The position numbers were made by a program, and so were the translations under genes. The notes under the pieces are model-generated. The model was not told the DNA's origin, did no database searches, and saw only the letters and a program-made list of their open reading frames with translations. From Patescibacteria group bacterium (GTDB lineage Bacteria > Patescibacteriota > Doudnabacteria > UBA920), in contig WARV01000010.1 in the NCBI GenBank assembly GCA_013387205.1, positions 765 to 64,764 of the forward strand: DNA of 64,000 nt, in the 5' to 3' direction. Numbering within the stretch: position 1 is the first letter of the stretch; each line of letters starts with the position of its first letter. Positions 9,949 through 19,009 of the stretch are shown one piece after another.

Positions 9949-10008
9949 CGGTTATTATCTCAGTTTTCCAAACTGATGATGGGGGTTCGACTCCCCCTAC
10001 CCGCTCCA
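9934..10008 (+). tRNA. tRNA-Gly(TCC)
   Basis: GCGGGTA/TACCCGC acceptor, TCAGT-TTTCCAA-ACTGA anticodon arm, GGTTCGACTCC T arm, encoded CCA. Confidence 0.96.
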
Positions 10009-10015
10009 GAAAATT

Positions 10016-10045
10016 TAAACCCCGCCCTTTTAAAGGGCGGGGTTC
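10016..10045. terminator. Hairpin/terminator after tRNA-Gly
   Basis: AACCCCGCCCTTT-TAAAGGGCGGGGTT. Confidence 0.6.
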
Positions 10046-10102
10046 TGTAATTATTATCTGTAGGCAATCTGTAGATTCGGATATATCCGTAGATCTGTAG
10101 CT

Positions 10103-10384
10103 TTATCTCAACTTAATCGCTGCCTTAAATGCTTCACCGGCTTTGAACTTCGGGGTATTTAATTCCGGAATAGTAATCTTCTGGGAAGGGTTCCTGGGAT
10201 TTACGCCAATACGTGAAGCGCGATGCGACACGCTGAACTGGCCAAATCCGCTAATGTTCACTTTATCGCCGGTGCGCAGCGTTTCGTAAATCAAATTAAT
10301 TAAAGTGTTCAGCATCCTTTCAGCCTCGCTATGGGTAATGGAAAGTTTAGCTGCCAATTGTTCGGTAAGTTGTAGCTTATTCAT
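10103..10384 (-). CDS. hup: DNA-binding protein HU
   Basis: GDKVNISGFGQF, R.GVNPR, PKFKAG. Confidence 0.95.
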   Translation of the reverse strand: MNKLQLTEQLAAKLSITHSEAERMLNTLINLIYETLRTGDKVNISGFGQFSVSHRASRIGVNPRNPSQKITIPELNTPKFKAGEAFKAAIKLR

Positions 10385-10578
10385 ATATTTTTAGGTTACT
10401 AATAAACGGTTTACTGCTCTCGGTACTGAGCTTGCCTTTATTATAAGCCATTTTTCCAGAGTTTGCCAGTGGAAAACCTCATATTTTAAACCTTTCTTAA
10501 TTTAAAAGACGGAACAAAGCGGAAATTCTTGCTGTTTGATAGTATTAGCAAAAAATTTTGCCATAAACCGATAATTTT

Positions 10579-13050
10579 TCAAATTTCTGACGGCCTGTTA
10601 TCCAAGTAAAATCTTTTTACCAAAACTGCCAAAGCCAGCAAAGATAAAATCGCTATAACCAGATATTTTATTCCAACGATTTTTTTGTTGGTTGGATTAT
10701 TTTTTCCATCACTGGCTAAAGCTTTGGTCGGCTCAATTGATGGTATTGCCAAATCATCCAGCTTGTTGTTTAAATCTACAACCTGTTGCTTTAAATTTTG
10801 AATTTCCTGCAGCATCTGTTCGCTGTTTTTTAAAGCCAGCGCGTAAGCTTTGTTTAACTCCTTGTCGCTTACGGTCTTTTTTACTGCAGATGCTTCTTTT
10901 TGCGAAGCACTGCCGGTTGCGGCAGAAAGAACCATCTCGTTAGGTTTTCCTGGCGTAGGTTTTTCTGTCCACAAATACTCGTCCCCTGCCGTCTGCGCGT
11001 AAGCCATACCCATTTCCGCTTTGCCATAAGTTACTTTGTCAATCTCCCTTCCCAAAAAGTCGGTTAAAGAAACGCTCTGGCCGGAGTTCCTTAACTTGGC
11101 CGGTAATTCATCTTCGTAAACAGCATAAAACTCCCCGGGCCTTAACACGCTCTGAGTATCCAAAATTTTACTGCTGTTTCCTAAATGCAGCACCAACCCT
11201 GCCAAAGGATACTCCTTCTCTCCGACATTTTTTATTTCCACAAATTCTTCATCATTTTTTTCAGGATACGGTAAAATTTCAGTAATGATAATTTTTGGCA
11301 GTTCAATGTCAGCTGCATTCTTTTGCCCGGGAGTCGGTATGCCATATTGCCATTTGCCCGATGAGTCTTTGCTGTAACTTTGCCCTTCCGGCGCTTTTTC
11401 AAAACCAACCTGTTCAACTAACTGCCTGGCTGGATTAAACAGCCTGACCGTATCTTTAGTATTATCCAAAGAAAATTTATCTTCCGGAATATTTAAAACA
11501 AAATAGCTTTCCGCCAAAATTATGGCTTTGTCATCTAAAGTCCAGGCAGATGAACCAATGGCACCGTCGCCATCGTCCAAAATAAAGCCTTTCAGGCTAA
11601 CATTGTCCTTGCTGCTGTTAAAAATTTCTACCCATTCTTTGCCGTCGTCAGCGCCTACGGGATTGGCCATTATCTCATTAATAAAAATTCCGGGGTTAGA
11701 AAAAATGCTTTCTGCCGGCAAAAAATTTTTCTGTCCAAGAGTCGGACTTGCCCACGCCCATTTGCCGGAAATTTTTTGCAAAGATTTTCCTTCCGGCGCA
11801 GCGTCGCTGTAGCTGGCTTTGTCAGCCAATGTTTTGTCTGTAAAATACAAGTTTGCCTCGTCCCCGCCCGTGTTGTTAAACGCAAAATAACCTTTGGGGA
11901 TAACAAAGACGGCAAACGCGCCAGGATTGATGATTGTAGGCGGCAATTGGTAAGCGTTGGATTTTACTCCGCTGTCGCTTTTATCGCCAAGGTACCAACC
12001 TCCGACGTCAACCGCTTCAGCCCCGATATTTTCCAGCTCCACCGCTTCCTTGCCGCTGTCATCGCCGGGAGGATTGGCGTAAATTTCCGAAAGTTTAATG
12101 AAACCGGGTTTGCTTTGGCTGGTCTGGACTGCCGCGCTGCTTCCGGAATTATTCTGGTTGTTTTCCTGCTGGTCTAAGGCCGGCGTAGTGGTGGAATTAT
12201 TTTGGTTATCAGTCAGCGTATCGGTGGTTGAAGTTGTTGTGGTGGCCTGGGGCGGGGTAAAATTTTCCGGAAATGTTATGGAAATATTGCGCGGGGAAGA
12301 ATTGGCAATTATGAAATTTTGCGATGGCGATAATAAATCCTGCCTAACTAGCGCTTGCCCGGCTCCGGGATTTTCCGTAGAAACCACGGTAAAGCCGTTT
12401 AACGCGCTCCCCCATGCCACGCTATCAATAATTTCTCCGCTGTCGCTTGCGCCAAGGCGGATGGCAACTCCGTTATTATCGGCAATACTCGCCGAAGTGG
12501 CCGAATCCGGCGCAATTGGAATAGCCGAATAAGAAGAGTTCGCCCACAAATAAAAACCTCGAGCCGGAATTATAGTATCGTCGGTCCAGGATTTTATCAA
12601 AGAATCCAGGCTGCCGGCAGAGGCAGTCCTTTTTACCAGCCTATAGCCTTTTAAATTAAAACTTGTATCACTTTGGTTATATAGCTCAATGAAATCGTCA
12701 GTCGTGTGTCCTGTCCCGCCGGTAATTTGGATTTGGGATATCGCTACAGAAGCAGCTGTCACCACTCCCGGCAGCAAGAAAAATATTGAAAAAAATAAAA
12801 CTGGAAGTGGTCTCAAAACTTGGCTGTAAGGCGATATTTTAGAATTTCGAGACAGTCGGGCAAAACAAATTTTGATGCTTAGCCTCCGGCTAAGCAGAGA
12901 AATTTTTATGGCCGAATGGAGCTTTAATGGCAATCTGGCTCTGCCAGTTGCCAGCTTAACCCCGAAATTATGAAATTGCAGCCAAAATGAAGTTTTGAAA
13001 CCGCTTCCTAAAAACTTTTGTTGTCCCTTGGCGCTTTTAGTACTCTCCAT
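10579..13050 (-). CDS. Multi lamin-tail-domain surface protein with C-terminal TM anchor
   Basis: Repeated I(S/N/T)EI.(A/P)NP...E.VE(L/I).N and TPG..N motifs; C-terminal coiled coil and TM; true start may lie downstream. Confidence 0.8.
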   Translation of the reverse strand: MESTKSAKGQQKFLGSGFKTSFWLQFHNFGVKLATGRARLPLKLHSAIKISLLSRRLSIKICFARLSRNSKISPYSQVLRPLPVLFFSIFFLLPGVVTAASVAISQIQITGGTGHTTDDFIELYNQSDTSFNLKGYRLVKRTASAGSLDSLIKSWTDDTIIPARGFYLWANSSYSAIPIAPDSATSASIADNNGVAIRLGASDSGEIIDSVAWGSALNGFTVVSTENPGAGQALVRQDLLSPSQNFIIANSSPRNISITFPENFTPPQATTTTSTTDTLTDNQNNSTTTPALDQQENNQNNSGSSAAVQTSQSKPGFIKLSEIYANPPGDDSGKEAVELENIGAEAVDVGGWYLGDKSDSGVKSNAYQLPPTIINPGAFAVFVIPKGYFAFNNTGGDEANLYFTDKTLADKASYSDAAPEGKSLQKISGKWAWASPTLGQKNFLPAESIFSNPGIFINEIMANPVGADDGKEWVEIFNSSKDNVSLKGFILDDGDGAIGSSAWTLDDKAIILAESYFVLNIPEDKFSLDNTKDTVRLFNPARQLVEQVGFEKAPEGQSYSKDSSGKWQYGIPTPGQKNAADIELPKIIITEILPYPEKNDEEFVEIKNVGEKEYPLAGLVLHLGNSSKILDTQSVLRPGEFYAVYEDELPAKLRNSGQSVSLTDFLGREIDKVTYGKAEMGMAYAQTAGDEYLWTEKPTPGKPNEMVLSAATGSASQKEASAVKKTVSDKELNKAYALALKNSEQMLQEIQNLKQQVVDLNNKLDDLAIPSIEPTKALASDGKNNPTNKKIVGIKYLVIAILSLLALAVLVKRFYLDNRPSEI

Positions 13051-13079
13051 ATATTTTTTTATTTTTAATGATTATTTCT

Positions 13080-13117
13080 ATTCCCGGAAAACGAGCGATC
13101 GCTCGTTTTCCGGGAAT
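13080..13117. repeat. Perfect 38-bp palindrome downstream of PaaX-like gene 1
   Basis: ATTCCCGGAAAACGAGCGA|TCGCTCGTTTTCCGGGAAT. Confidence 0.95.
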
Positions 13118-13126
13118 GGGTTGGTT

Positions 13127-13681
13127 TTAAAGTTTAAAAAATTTTTTTATATTTTCATCATTATCAATCTGGTCAATACGAAAGATGCGTATATATTCAT
13201 CCAAACCTGTCTCGTATAAATACCTAATCGCATCACGATTTAAAGGATAAGGGTTTATATACACACTTCTCTGGATTTGCAAAAACCCATGATTCTTTAA
13301 CAAAATTCTCAACAATCTTCTTTTATCTTTTGCCTTCTCCGGTATGTCAAAAACCACCATCCTAAATTTTCCATCCCATTTCTCAGGTTTCTTAATATCA
13401 GCCTTTAATAACAATGTTTCCAAAACACCCTTTTTTGTTAATTTAACATACTGATAACCTTTTTCTTTGAAAATTTTTATCCAATGCTTCTGCTCCAAGG
13501 TATTTAAGATATTCAAATAACTTTTATAAGGCACATAGCCTGAAACCTGACGCTTGAAAAATGCCGTTTTGCTTTCAAAAGGTCGTGGAAATAAATCTAC
13601 CACGGCAAATAACGTCAGCAATAACTTTGCTGAATTGGTCAGCTCTCTTTCTTGTGTATTGTATTTTTTTCTTTTTTTCAT
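13127..13681 (-). CDS. PaaX-like protein (wHTH plus Cas2-like domain), copy 1
   Basis: LTKKG; WDGKFRMVVFDIPE; LKNHGFLQIQRSVYINPY. Confidence 0.8.
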   Translation of the reverse strand: MKKRKKYNTQERELTNSAKLLLTLFAVVDLFPRPFESKTAFFKRQVSGYVPYKSYLNILNTLEQKHWIKIFKEKGYQYVKLTKKGVLETLLLKADIKKPEKWDGKFRMVVFDIPEKAKDKRRLLRILLKNHGFLQIQRSVYINPYPLNRDAIRYLYETGLDEYIRIFRIDQIDNDENIKKFFKL

Positions 13682-13702
13682 GTTAATCTAGTTAATCTCT
13701 CG

Positions 13703-13738
13703 TTCCCGGATTTCGAGCGATCGCTCGTTTTCCGGGAA
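13703..13738. repeat. 36-bp palindrome upstream of PaaX-like gene 1
   Basis: TTCCCGGA-ttt-CGAGCGATCGCTCG-ttt-TCCGGGAA, near-identical to 13080-13117. Confidence 0.9.
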
Positions 13739-13795
13739 TTGGTTTTTATTTTGATAATTTTAAAAGCACTATCAAAATATGGTAGTGCTTTACTT

Positions 13796-14254
13796 CTAAA
13801 TTTTATTTTCTTCTTTGCCGTCTTCTTCCGTATCGTTGCCTTCGGGAGACATCTGCTTATACAATGTCCCCAGCACACCGTTTAGGAATTTTCCGCTGCT
13901 TTCCCCGCCAAAACTTTTTGCCAGCTCCACCGCTTCGTTAATGGCGACCTTCGGCGGCACGTCTTTTAAAAACATCAGCTCGTAAATCCCTAAGCGTAAT
14001 ACGCTCCTGTCCACTAAAGTAATTTGTTCTATTGGCCATTCCGGAGCCGTTTTGACGATAATGGCATCTATAGCCGGAAGGTTATCCACCACGCCCTGGA
14101 CCAGGGAACGTACAAAATCCGAATCAGTCAGATTTGGGGCGAACTGTTGGATATTATTTTCAATGATTGTCTTTAAATCCTCTTTCCGGTCATGGAAGTC
14201 CCATTCGAACAAGGACTGCATGGCAACAGTTCGGGATAAATGCCGGTTGGCCAT
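13796..14254 (-). CDS. nusB: Transcription antitermination factor NusB
   Basis: [32 protein letters not shown]. Confidence 0.96.
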   Translation of the reverse strand: MANRHLSRTVAMQSLFEWDFHDRKEDLKTIIENNIQQFAPNLTDSDFVRSLVQGVVDNLPAIDAIIVKTAPEWPIEQITLVDRSVLRLGIYELMFLKDVPPKVAINEAVELAKSFGGESSGKFLNGVLGTLYKQMSPEGNDTEEDGKEENKI

Positions 14255-14328
14255 TTTATAAACCTGTGACCTTTGACATGCGACATCTGGCTGCTTTCTG
14301 TCAAAGGTTAAATATCAAATGTTAAATG

Positions 14329-14499
14329 TTATTTCGTGATTTTTCTGCCTTTGTAGTAGCCGCAATTTTTGCAAGGCAAATGGGGCATTACCGGACTTCC
14401 GCAATTTTTGCAGGATGCCAAAGATTTAGCTTTTAATGCGTGATGGCTGCGGCGCTGGTCGCGTCCGCTTCTGGTCTTATGCTTCTTGGGAACTCCCAT
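14329..14499 (-). CDS. rpmF: 50S ribosomal protein L32 (Zn-binding type)
   Basis: MGVPKKHKTRSGRDQRRSH, CKNC..PH..CKNCGYY. Confidence 0.95.
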   Translation of the reverse strand: MGVPKKHKTRSGRDQRRSHHALKAKSLASCKNCGSPVMPHLPCKNCGYYKGRKITK

Positions 14500-14516
14500 G
14501 GATTTTCTCCGAAAAT

Positions 14517-14570
14517 TCACCCTGAGCTTGCCTGCCACTCCGAAGCTTTAGCGGAGGGGGGTCGAAGGGT
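14517..14570. repeat. Nested palindromic repeat: a CCCTGAGCTTG/TCGAAGGG unit interrupted by a CTCCGAAGCTTTAGCGGAG unit
   Basis: Direct reading. Confidence 0.55.
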
Positions 14571-14632
14571 AAATAAATTTAAATATTTATATTAAGTAAA
14601 CAAATTATATCGAAAACCGGCAATTTTGTCAA

Positions 14633-14670
14633 AAGAAAGAGGCCAGGACACGCTAGCGTGTCCTGGCCTT
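14633..14670 (-). terminator. Intrinsic terminator of the 14686-15015 ORF
   Basis: AGGCCAGGACACGC-TA-GCGTGTCCTGGCCT followed by U-rich tail on the minus strand. Confidence 0.7.
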
Positions 14671-14685
14671 ATGCATCGACTAAGG

Positions 14686-15015
14686 CTAACCCCCTGTTGC
14701 CGGCAATACATCTTCCAGCATATGAAGCTGGAAGGACCTGGTCTGCACGAGGTCTGGAGCAGGTCTGAGCCCCCTCTTTATATCTTTTCGTCTAAGCACC
14801 CCGGATTCTTTTACTCTCCCGGCTACATTAAACAACTCAGTCTCGAAAGCCGATTGTCTGGCTCTATCTTCTGTGAGGACTTCAACGGCTCCGGGAAGAG
14901 TATGGTCGATGGTACTCCCGATAAAGAGAGCCCATCTTTCCAAACCCTCGTCGGCTCGCGTTTCAACGTCCTTGCCCGTTGGTATTAACAACTCCCAACA
15001 AACATCATCTTTCAT
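14686..15015 (-). CDS. Hypothetical protein (109 aa)
   Basis: Purine-rich SD (AAGGAGGAAGG) and its own terminator; no recognisable motif. Confidence 0.6.
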   Translation of the reverse strand: MKDDVCWELLIPTGKDVETRADEGLERWALFIGSTIDHTLPGAVEVLTEDRARQSAFETELFNVAGRVKESGVLRRKDIKRGLRPAPDLVQTRSFQLHMLEDVLPATGG

Positions 15016-15317
15016 TCTCTTTCCTTCCTCCTTGATGCTGAACTACATCTTGGCTACAATTACTTACAACCAAAATGCAATTTACATCATTAAATTATTT
15101 TAATGACAAATATTTTATTAGTAAAGTGGATAACTTTGTCTGTATCTGCGTAATCAGCCCCGAAGGGGCCCCTTCGGGGCGCATCCGCGATTTTCCCTCT
15201 AATCCGCCGGCGAGACAGGAAAATTAACTAAAACTTTTATCATAAGATAACAATTTTAGTTAACCTCACCAGCGGGTTAGAAAGAAAAGGTGGAAGGGAG
15301 TAGAATCAAACACGATA

Positions 15318-15443
15318 CTACTCCCTACTTTTGGGTTCATTCCATGGCAGGAATGGGAATCCAAAGATGAAATGGATGAACCTATTCAGCAGAAATACTG
15401 CCGCAGGAACTCCAAAAACCCAATAACAAATCGTTTCAGGCAT
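15318..15443 (-). CDS. Small membrane peptide B (41 aa)
   Basis: MPETICYWVFGVPAAVFLLNRFIHFIFGFPFLPWNEPKSRE; SD AAGGAG; TAATG coupling to peptide A. Confidence 0.6.
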   Translation of the reverse strand: MPETICYWVFGVPAAVFLLNRFIHFIFGFPFLPWNEPKSRE

Positions 15444-15571
15444 TAACCGTTCTCCTTCAACTCCTTGAAAATCTGCACAACTCGCCTGATCTCTTTTTTC
15501 AGCCACAATATAACAATTGCGGTAGACAGCAAGATTGCCATAACCACAACAATATATCCTGCTCTTTCCAT
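15443..15571 (-). CDS. Small membrane peptide A (42 aa)
   Basis: MERAGYIVVVMAILLSTAIVILWLKKEIRRVVQIFKELKENG; SD GGAGGAGG; promoter TTGCCA-17-TAAATT (15596-15624). Confidence 0.65.
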   Translation of the reverse strand: MERAGYIVVVMAILLSTAIVILWLKKEIRRVVQIFKELKENG

Positions 15572-15644
15572 ATTCCTCCTCCAATCCTTTAAACCAATTT
15601 ACTACAAGAAAAACTTTTTGGCAAATTGGCTTACAGGCTTGGAG

Positions 15645-16167
15645 AAAAAATTGGAGGATAGCGCTTTCCCAGAAGCGCTATCCTCCTTAAGTTAGGAGAG
15701 GATCAAACAGCTAACGCAAAAGTATAATTCCCCTGTTGGCAAAACCTTCTTATATTAAGCTGGTTTTAAAACAAGCTCTAATTATTTCCACAATTGTGGG
15801 TCTAAAGCGATGAGGCCAAAGTATCAAGCGATACTTATAAAGTTTGCCTTCCTGTTAGGCCCACGATAGTGAAGATAATTCTACCAATCTACCAATAAAT
15901 ACTAATCTACTAATACCTACAAATCCTTTTTAGTATGCATTAGTAGGCATTGGTAGTATTCGGATAGATTCGTAGATTGGTAGATATTTGTAGAATGATA
16001 AAACCGTATATTCGATACAGGAGAATCAATAAAAAATTATTCTTGTATGCAATATACGGCTTTTAGATGCCCCCAATTCGGTTTACCGAGATTAGGAGCA
16101 CGTGGCCATTCTGCATAATTTCCTGTAAATCACACAGACTAGATTTTTGTTACAGCAATAGAGTAAC
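15645..16167 (-). ncRNA. Candidate ~520-nt structured non-coding transcript
   Basis: TTGACA(16196-201)-17-TATATT(16173-78); serial hairpins with minus-strand G-U pairs; 14-bp terminator stem 15653-15686; no ORF >=60 aa. Confidence 0.5.
15880..15987. repeat. Periodic inverted-repeat element, family 'CTAAT/ATTAG'
   Basis: ~9-nt units ctaccaat/ctactaat mirrored by attagtag/attggtag. Related at ~20796-20875, 32722-32832, 47125-47245, 54876-54990. Confidence 0.65.
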
Positions 16168-16250
16168 CATATAATATACACTAAAACCGCCCTTTTGTCA
16201 AGACTTTGGGCGGTTTTTGTTGTTATTTTGGCTTATTTAAGCCCAATATA

Positions 16251-16571
16251 TTATCCTTGTATACCTATATCATTAAGCTGGCTGACCAATTTTTCTAACA
16301 GTATTAAAGCCTGGGTTTTATCTCCCTTTTCTTCTATCTTAATTACTTCTCCAAAGTTCATCCTGAAATCCACATTATCCTTAGAAGATAAAATAATTGA
16401 CAAAGCTTTTTCCTGCTGGTCGCTCAAGCCAATTCTCGACCATACGTACGAAAAAAGTTGCGAAGGAGAATATACTTCCCCTGGATAAGGCCTGTCGGGC
16501 AAACCTTCTACAGCCTTTGGCGGATATTCTTTCGCCTCAATGCTATTTTCTCCATTTATATATTCGGGCAT
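16251..16571 (-). CDS. Hypothetical protein (106 aa)
   Basis: ORF with plausible composition, upstream TG-n-TATAAT and downstream hairpin. Confidence 0.6.
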   Translation of the reverse strand: MPEYINGENSIEAKEYPPKAVEGLPDRPYPGEVYSPSQLFSYVWSRIGLSDQQEKALSIILSSKDNVDFRMNFGEVIKIEEKGDKTQALILLEKLVSQLNDIGIQG

Positions 16572-16607
16572 TTTTTTGCTTTTAATATCACGATTTCATT
16601 ATATCAC

Positions 16608-16642
16608 AAAACCCCACCCCGTAAATTTACGGGGTGGGGTTT
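16608..16642 (-). terminator. groEL terminator
   Basis: AAACCCCACCCCGTAAATTTACGGGGTGGGGTTT. Confidence 0.75.
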
Positions 16643-16687
16643 CCTTCAGTGTTATTCCGCGTAGCTATCCGCGTGATATCCGCGATA

Positions 16688-18355
16688 CTAGTAGTCCATC
16701 CCGCCCATTCCGCCTGGCATTCCGCCGGCTGGGGCTGGAGTTTTCGACTCAGGCTTATCAACGACAATAGCTTCGGTAGTAACCAAAGTTGATGCTATTG
16801 ATACGGCATTTTCCAAAGCCAATCGGGAAACTTTGAGAGGATCGACAATGCCGGCCTTCATCATGTCCTCAACAAGGCTATCCTGCCAGTTGCCGCTGTT
16901 CTTGGAAAAATCATAACCTGCATGGCTTGGACTCTTTTCATTCTGGATATAAGAAATAATACTGGTCGGTTCAATGCCGGAATTGGCCGCAATCTGACGC
17001 AAAGGAGCTTCCAAAGAATCGCGCACCACTTTGACTCCGGCCTTTTCGGCAAAAGACAAATTTTTGCTGAGTTCTTCGAGCTTGGGGGCAATGCGGACAA
17101 AGGCTGCACCGCCTCCTGCAACAATCCCCTCTTCCACGGCAGCTTTGGTGGCATTGAGCGCGTCTTCAATTTTGAATTTCTTGGCTTTCATTTCGGTTTC
17201 AGTGAAAGCGCCAACTTTAATCACGCCCACGCCTCCTGCCAAGCGCGCCATCCTTTCCTGCAACTTTTCCTTGTCAAAATCGGAATTGGATTCTTTGTAT
17301 TCTGCCTTAATCTGGTTTACGCGGTCTTCAATGGCTTTTTTGTCGCCCTGGCCGTCGACAATCGTTGTGTTTTCTTTAGTGGCAACAACCTTGCGCGCGC
17401 GACCGAGCTGATTAAGTTCGGTCTTATCTAATTTTAATCCCAAATCTTCGGTAACAACCTGGCCGCCGGTTAAAATTGCAATGTCCTGCAACATCTCTTT
17501 GCGCCTGTCGCCAAAGCCCGGGGCTTTGACAGCTAAAACGTTAAATATGCCGCGGATCTTATTAAGCACAAATGTCGCTAAGGCTTCGCCTTCCACGTCA
17601 TCGGCAATTATCACCAAATCTTTTTTGCCGCTCTGCGCGACTTTTTCCAAAATCGGCAAAATTTCCTGGATGCTGGAAACTTTTTTGTCTGTGATTAAAA
17701 TATAAGGATCTTCCCACACAGCTTCCATGCGCTCGGTATTGGTGACCATGTACGGATTGACAAAACCCTTGTCAAAGCGCATGCCTTTAACCACTTCCTT
17801 GTTAAGGCCAGTGGTCTGCCCTTCTTCAACAGTAATAATTCCTTCATGGCCGACCTGTTCCATCATTTCCGCAATAAGTTCCCCGACTTCGGAATCCAAA
17901 GAAGCGATGGTTGCTACCTGTTTAATTTCTTCCTTGGTCTTAACATCCTTTTTGACTTTCCTTAATTCTTCCACGACAAAAGCCGCAGCCTTGTCCATGC
18001 CCTTTTTAATCTCGTTAGCCTGCGAACTTGCCAATGCTGCCGCTTCAAAGGATTTTTCAATCATTTTCTGCGCCAAAACCGTTGCGGTGGTGGTGCCATC
18101 ACCGGCTTCTTCGTTGGTTTTGTTGGCGACTTCCTGGATTAAGGACGCGCCGACGTTTTCAAACTTGTCTTCAAGCTCAATATCTTTGGCCACGGTCACG
18201 CCGTCGTCAGTAATAGTCGGGCTGCCGAAGCTCTTGTCCAAAATCACGGCCTTGCCGGTCGGACCCAAGGTTACCTTGACCGCGTTGGCTGCCGCATCAA
18301 CTCCGGCCTTAATGGCCTTTTTCGCTTCAAAACCGTATTTGATAATTTTTGCCAT
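16688..18355 (-). CDS. groL: Chaperonin GroEL
   Basis: [20 protein letters not shown] tail. Confidence 0.99.
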   Translation of the reverse strand: MAKIIKYGFEAKKAIKAGVDAAANAVKVTLGPTGKAVILDKSFGSPTITDDGVTVAKDIELEDKFENVGASLIQEVANKTNEEAGDGTTTATVLAQKMIEKSFEAAALASSQANEIKKGMDKAAAFVVEELRKVKKDVKTKEEIKQVATIASLDSEVGELIAEMMEQVGHEGIITVEEGQTTGLNKEVVKGMRFDKGFVNPYMVTNTERMEAVWEDPYILITDKKVSSIQEILPILEKVAQSGKKDLVIIADDVEGEALATFVLNKIRGIFNVLAVKAPGFGDRRKEMLQDIAILTGGQVVTEDLGLKLDKTELNQLGRARKVVATKENTTIVDGQGDKKAIEDRVNQIKAEYKESNSDFDKEKLQERMARLAGGVGVIKVGAFTETEMKAKKFKIEDALNATKAAVEEGIVAGGGAAFVRIAPKLEELSKNLSFAEKAGVKVVRDSLEAPLRQIAANSGIEPTSIISYIQNEKSPSHAGYDFSKNSGNWQDSLVEDMMKAGIVDPLKVSRLALENAVSIASTLVTTEAIVVDKPESKTPAPAGGMPGGMGGMDY

Positions 18356-18466
18356 AATATTTCTCCGAAATTTCTACTAAATACTAATTCTTACTAAAAG
18401 TACTAAATTTTACTTAAATGGCTTTCGTATCTTTAGTACATTTTCGTATTTAGTAGAGATTATTAT

Positions 18467-18772
18467 TTATTCAACTATTGCTAACACATCAGATTCATCC
18501 TTTTCTTTTCCGACGTAAAGAATTTTGTATTCGTTCTTCTTGCCGTCTTCATCCATTTCAACTTCATCGCCGGCATACTTGCCAAACACTACAGTGTCGC
18601 CGACCTTAAGCCCTAAAGAGGCAATTTCGCTGCCGGTCCCCAGTTCCATAATTTTTCCCTGGGCTTTTTTTTCTTTATCTGCAGTGTCCGGCAAAACAAT
18701 CCCGCTCTTGGTTACTTCCTCGCTTGAGAGCTGTTTTACCAGGATCCGGTTTCCTAAAGGTTTTACTTTCAT
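18467..18772 (-). CDS. groS: Co-chaperonin GroES
   Basis: KPLGNRILVK, TKSGIVLP, KVGDTVVFGKYAG. Confidence 0.97.
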   Translation of the reverse strand: MKVKPLGNRILVKQLSSEEVTKSGIVLPDTADKEKKAQGKIMELGTGSEIASLGLKVGDTVVFGKYAGDEVEMDEDGKKNEYKILYVGKEKDESDVLAIVE

Positions 18773-18935
18773 AATTTCTCCGAAATCTCTACTAAATACT
18801 AAAAGGTACTAAATATACTAAAATATCATCAAAAAGGCTTAATTGATACCGCTATTGATTTTTGATTTAGTATCTTTAGTATTATTTCGTATTTAGTAGA
18901 AGCATTAATTTTCCTAATTTATTTTATAGCAACAC

Positions 18936-18962
18936 TTAGCACTCTGTCAAGCTGAGTGCTAA
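18936..18962. promoter_or_regulatory. CIRCE (HrcA operator) overlapping the groES -35
   Basis: Exact TTAGCACTC-N9-GAGTGCTAA; minus-strand TTGACA at 18945-50 lies in the spacer. Confidence 0.96.
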
Positions 18963-19009
18963 TATGTGATAAAAATCCTCTTTCCCCTGCGTCATGTTAT
19001 AATATCACT

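Noticed and set aside
15795-15868. c-di-GMP-I riboswitch (GGCAAAC on the minus strand)
   Set aside because: Lacks the GNRA-capped P2 and the downstream GACGCAAAG segment.
16861-18380. Long antisense or alternate-frame ORFs over groEL (likewise over metK, nrdJ, ftsZ, der, topA)
   Set aside because: Shadow ORFs of well-supported genes, with no motifs or expression signals.
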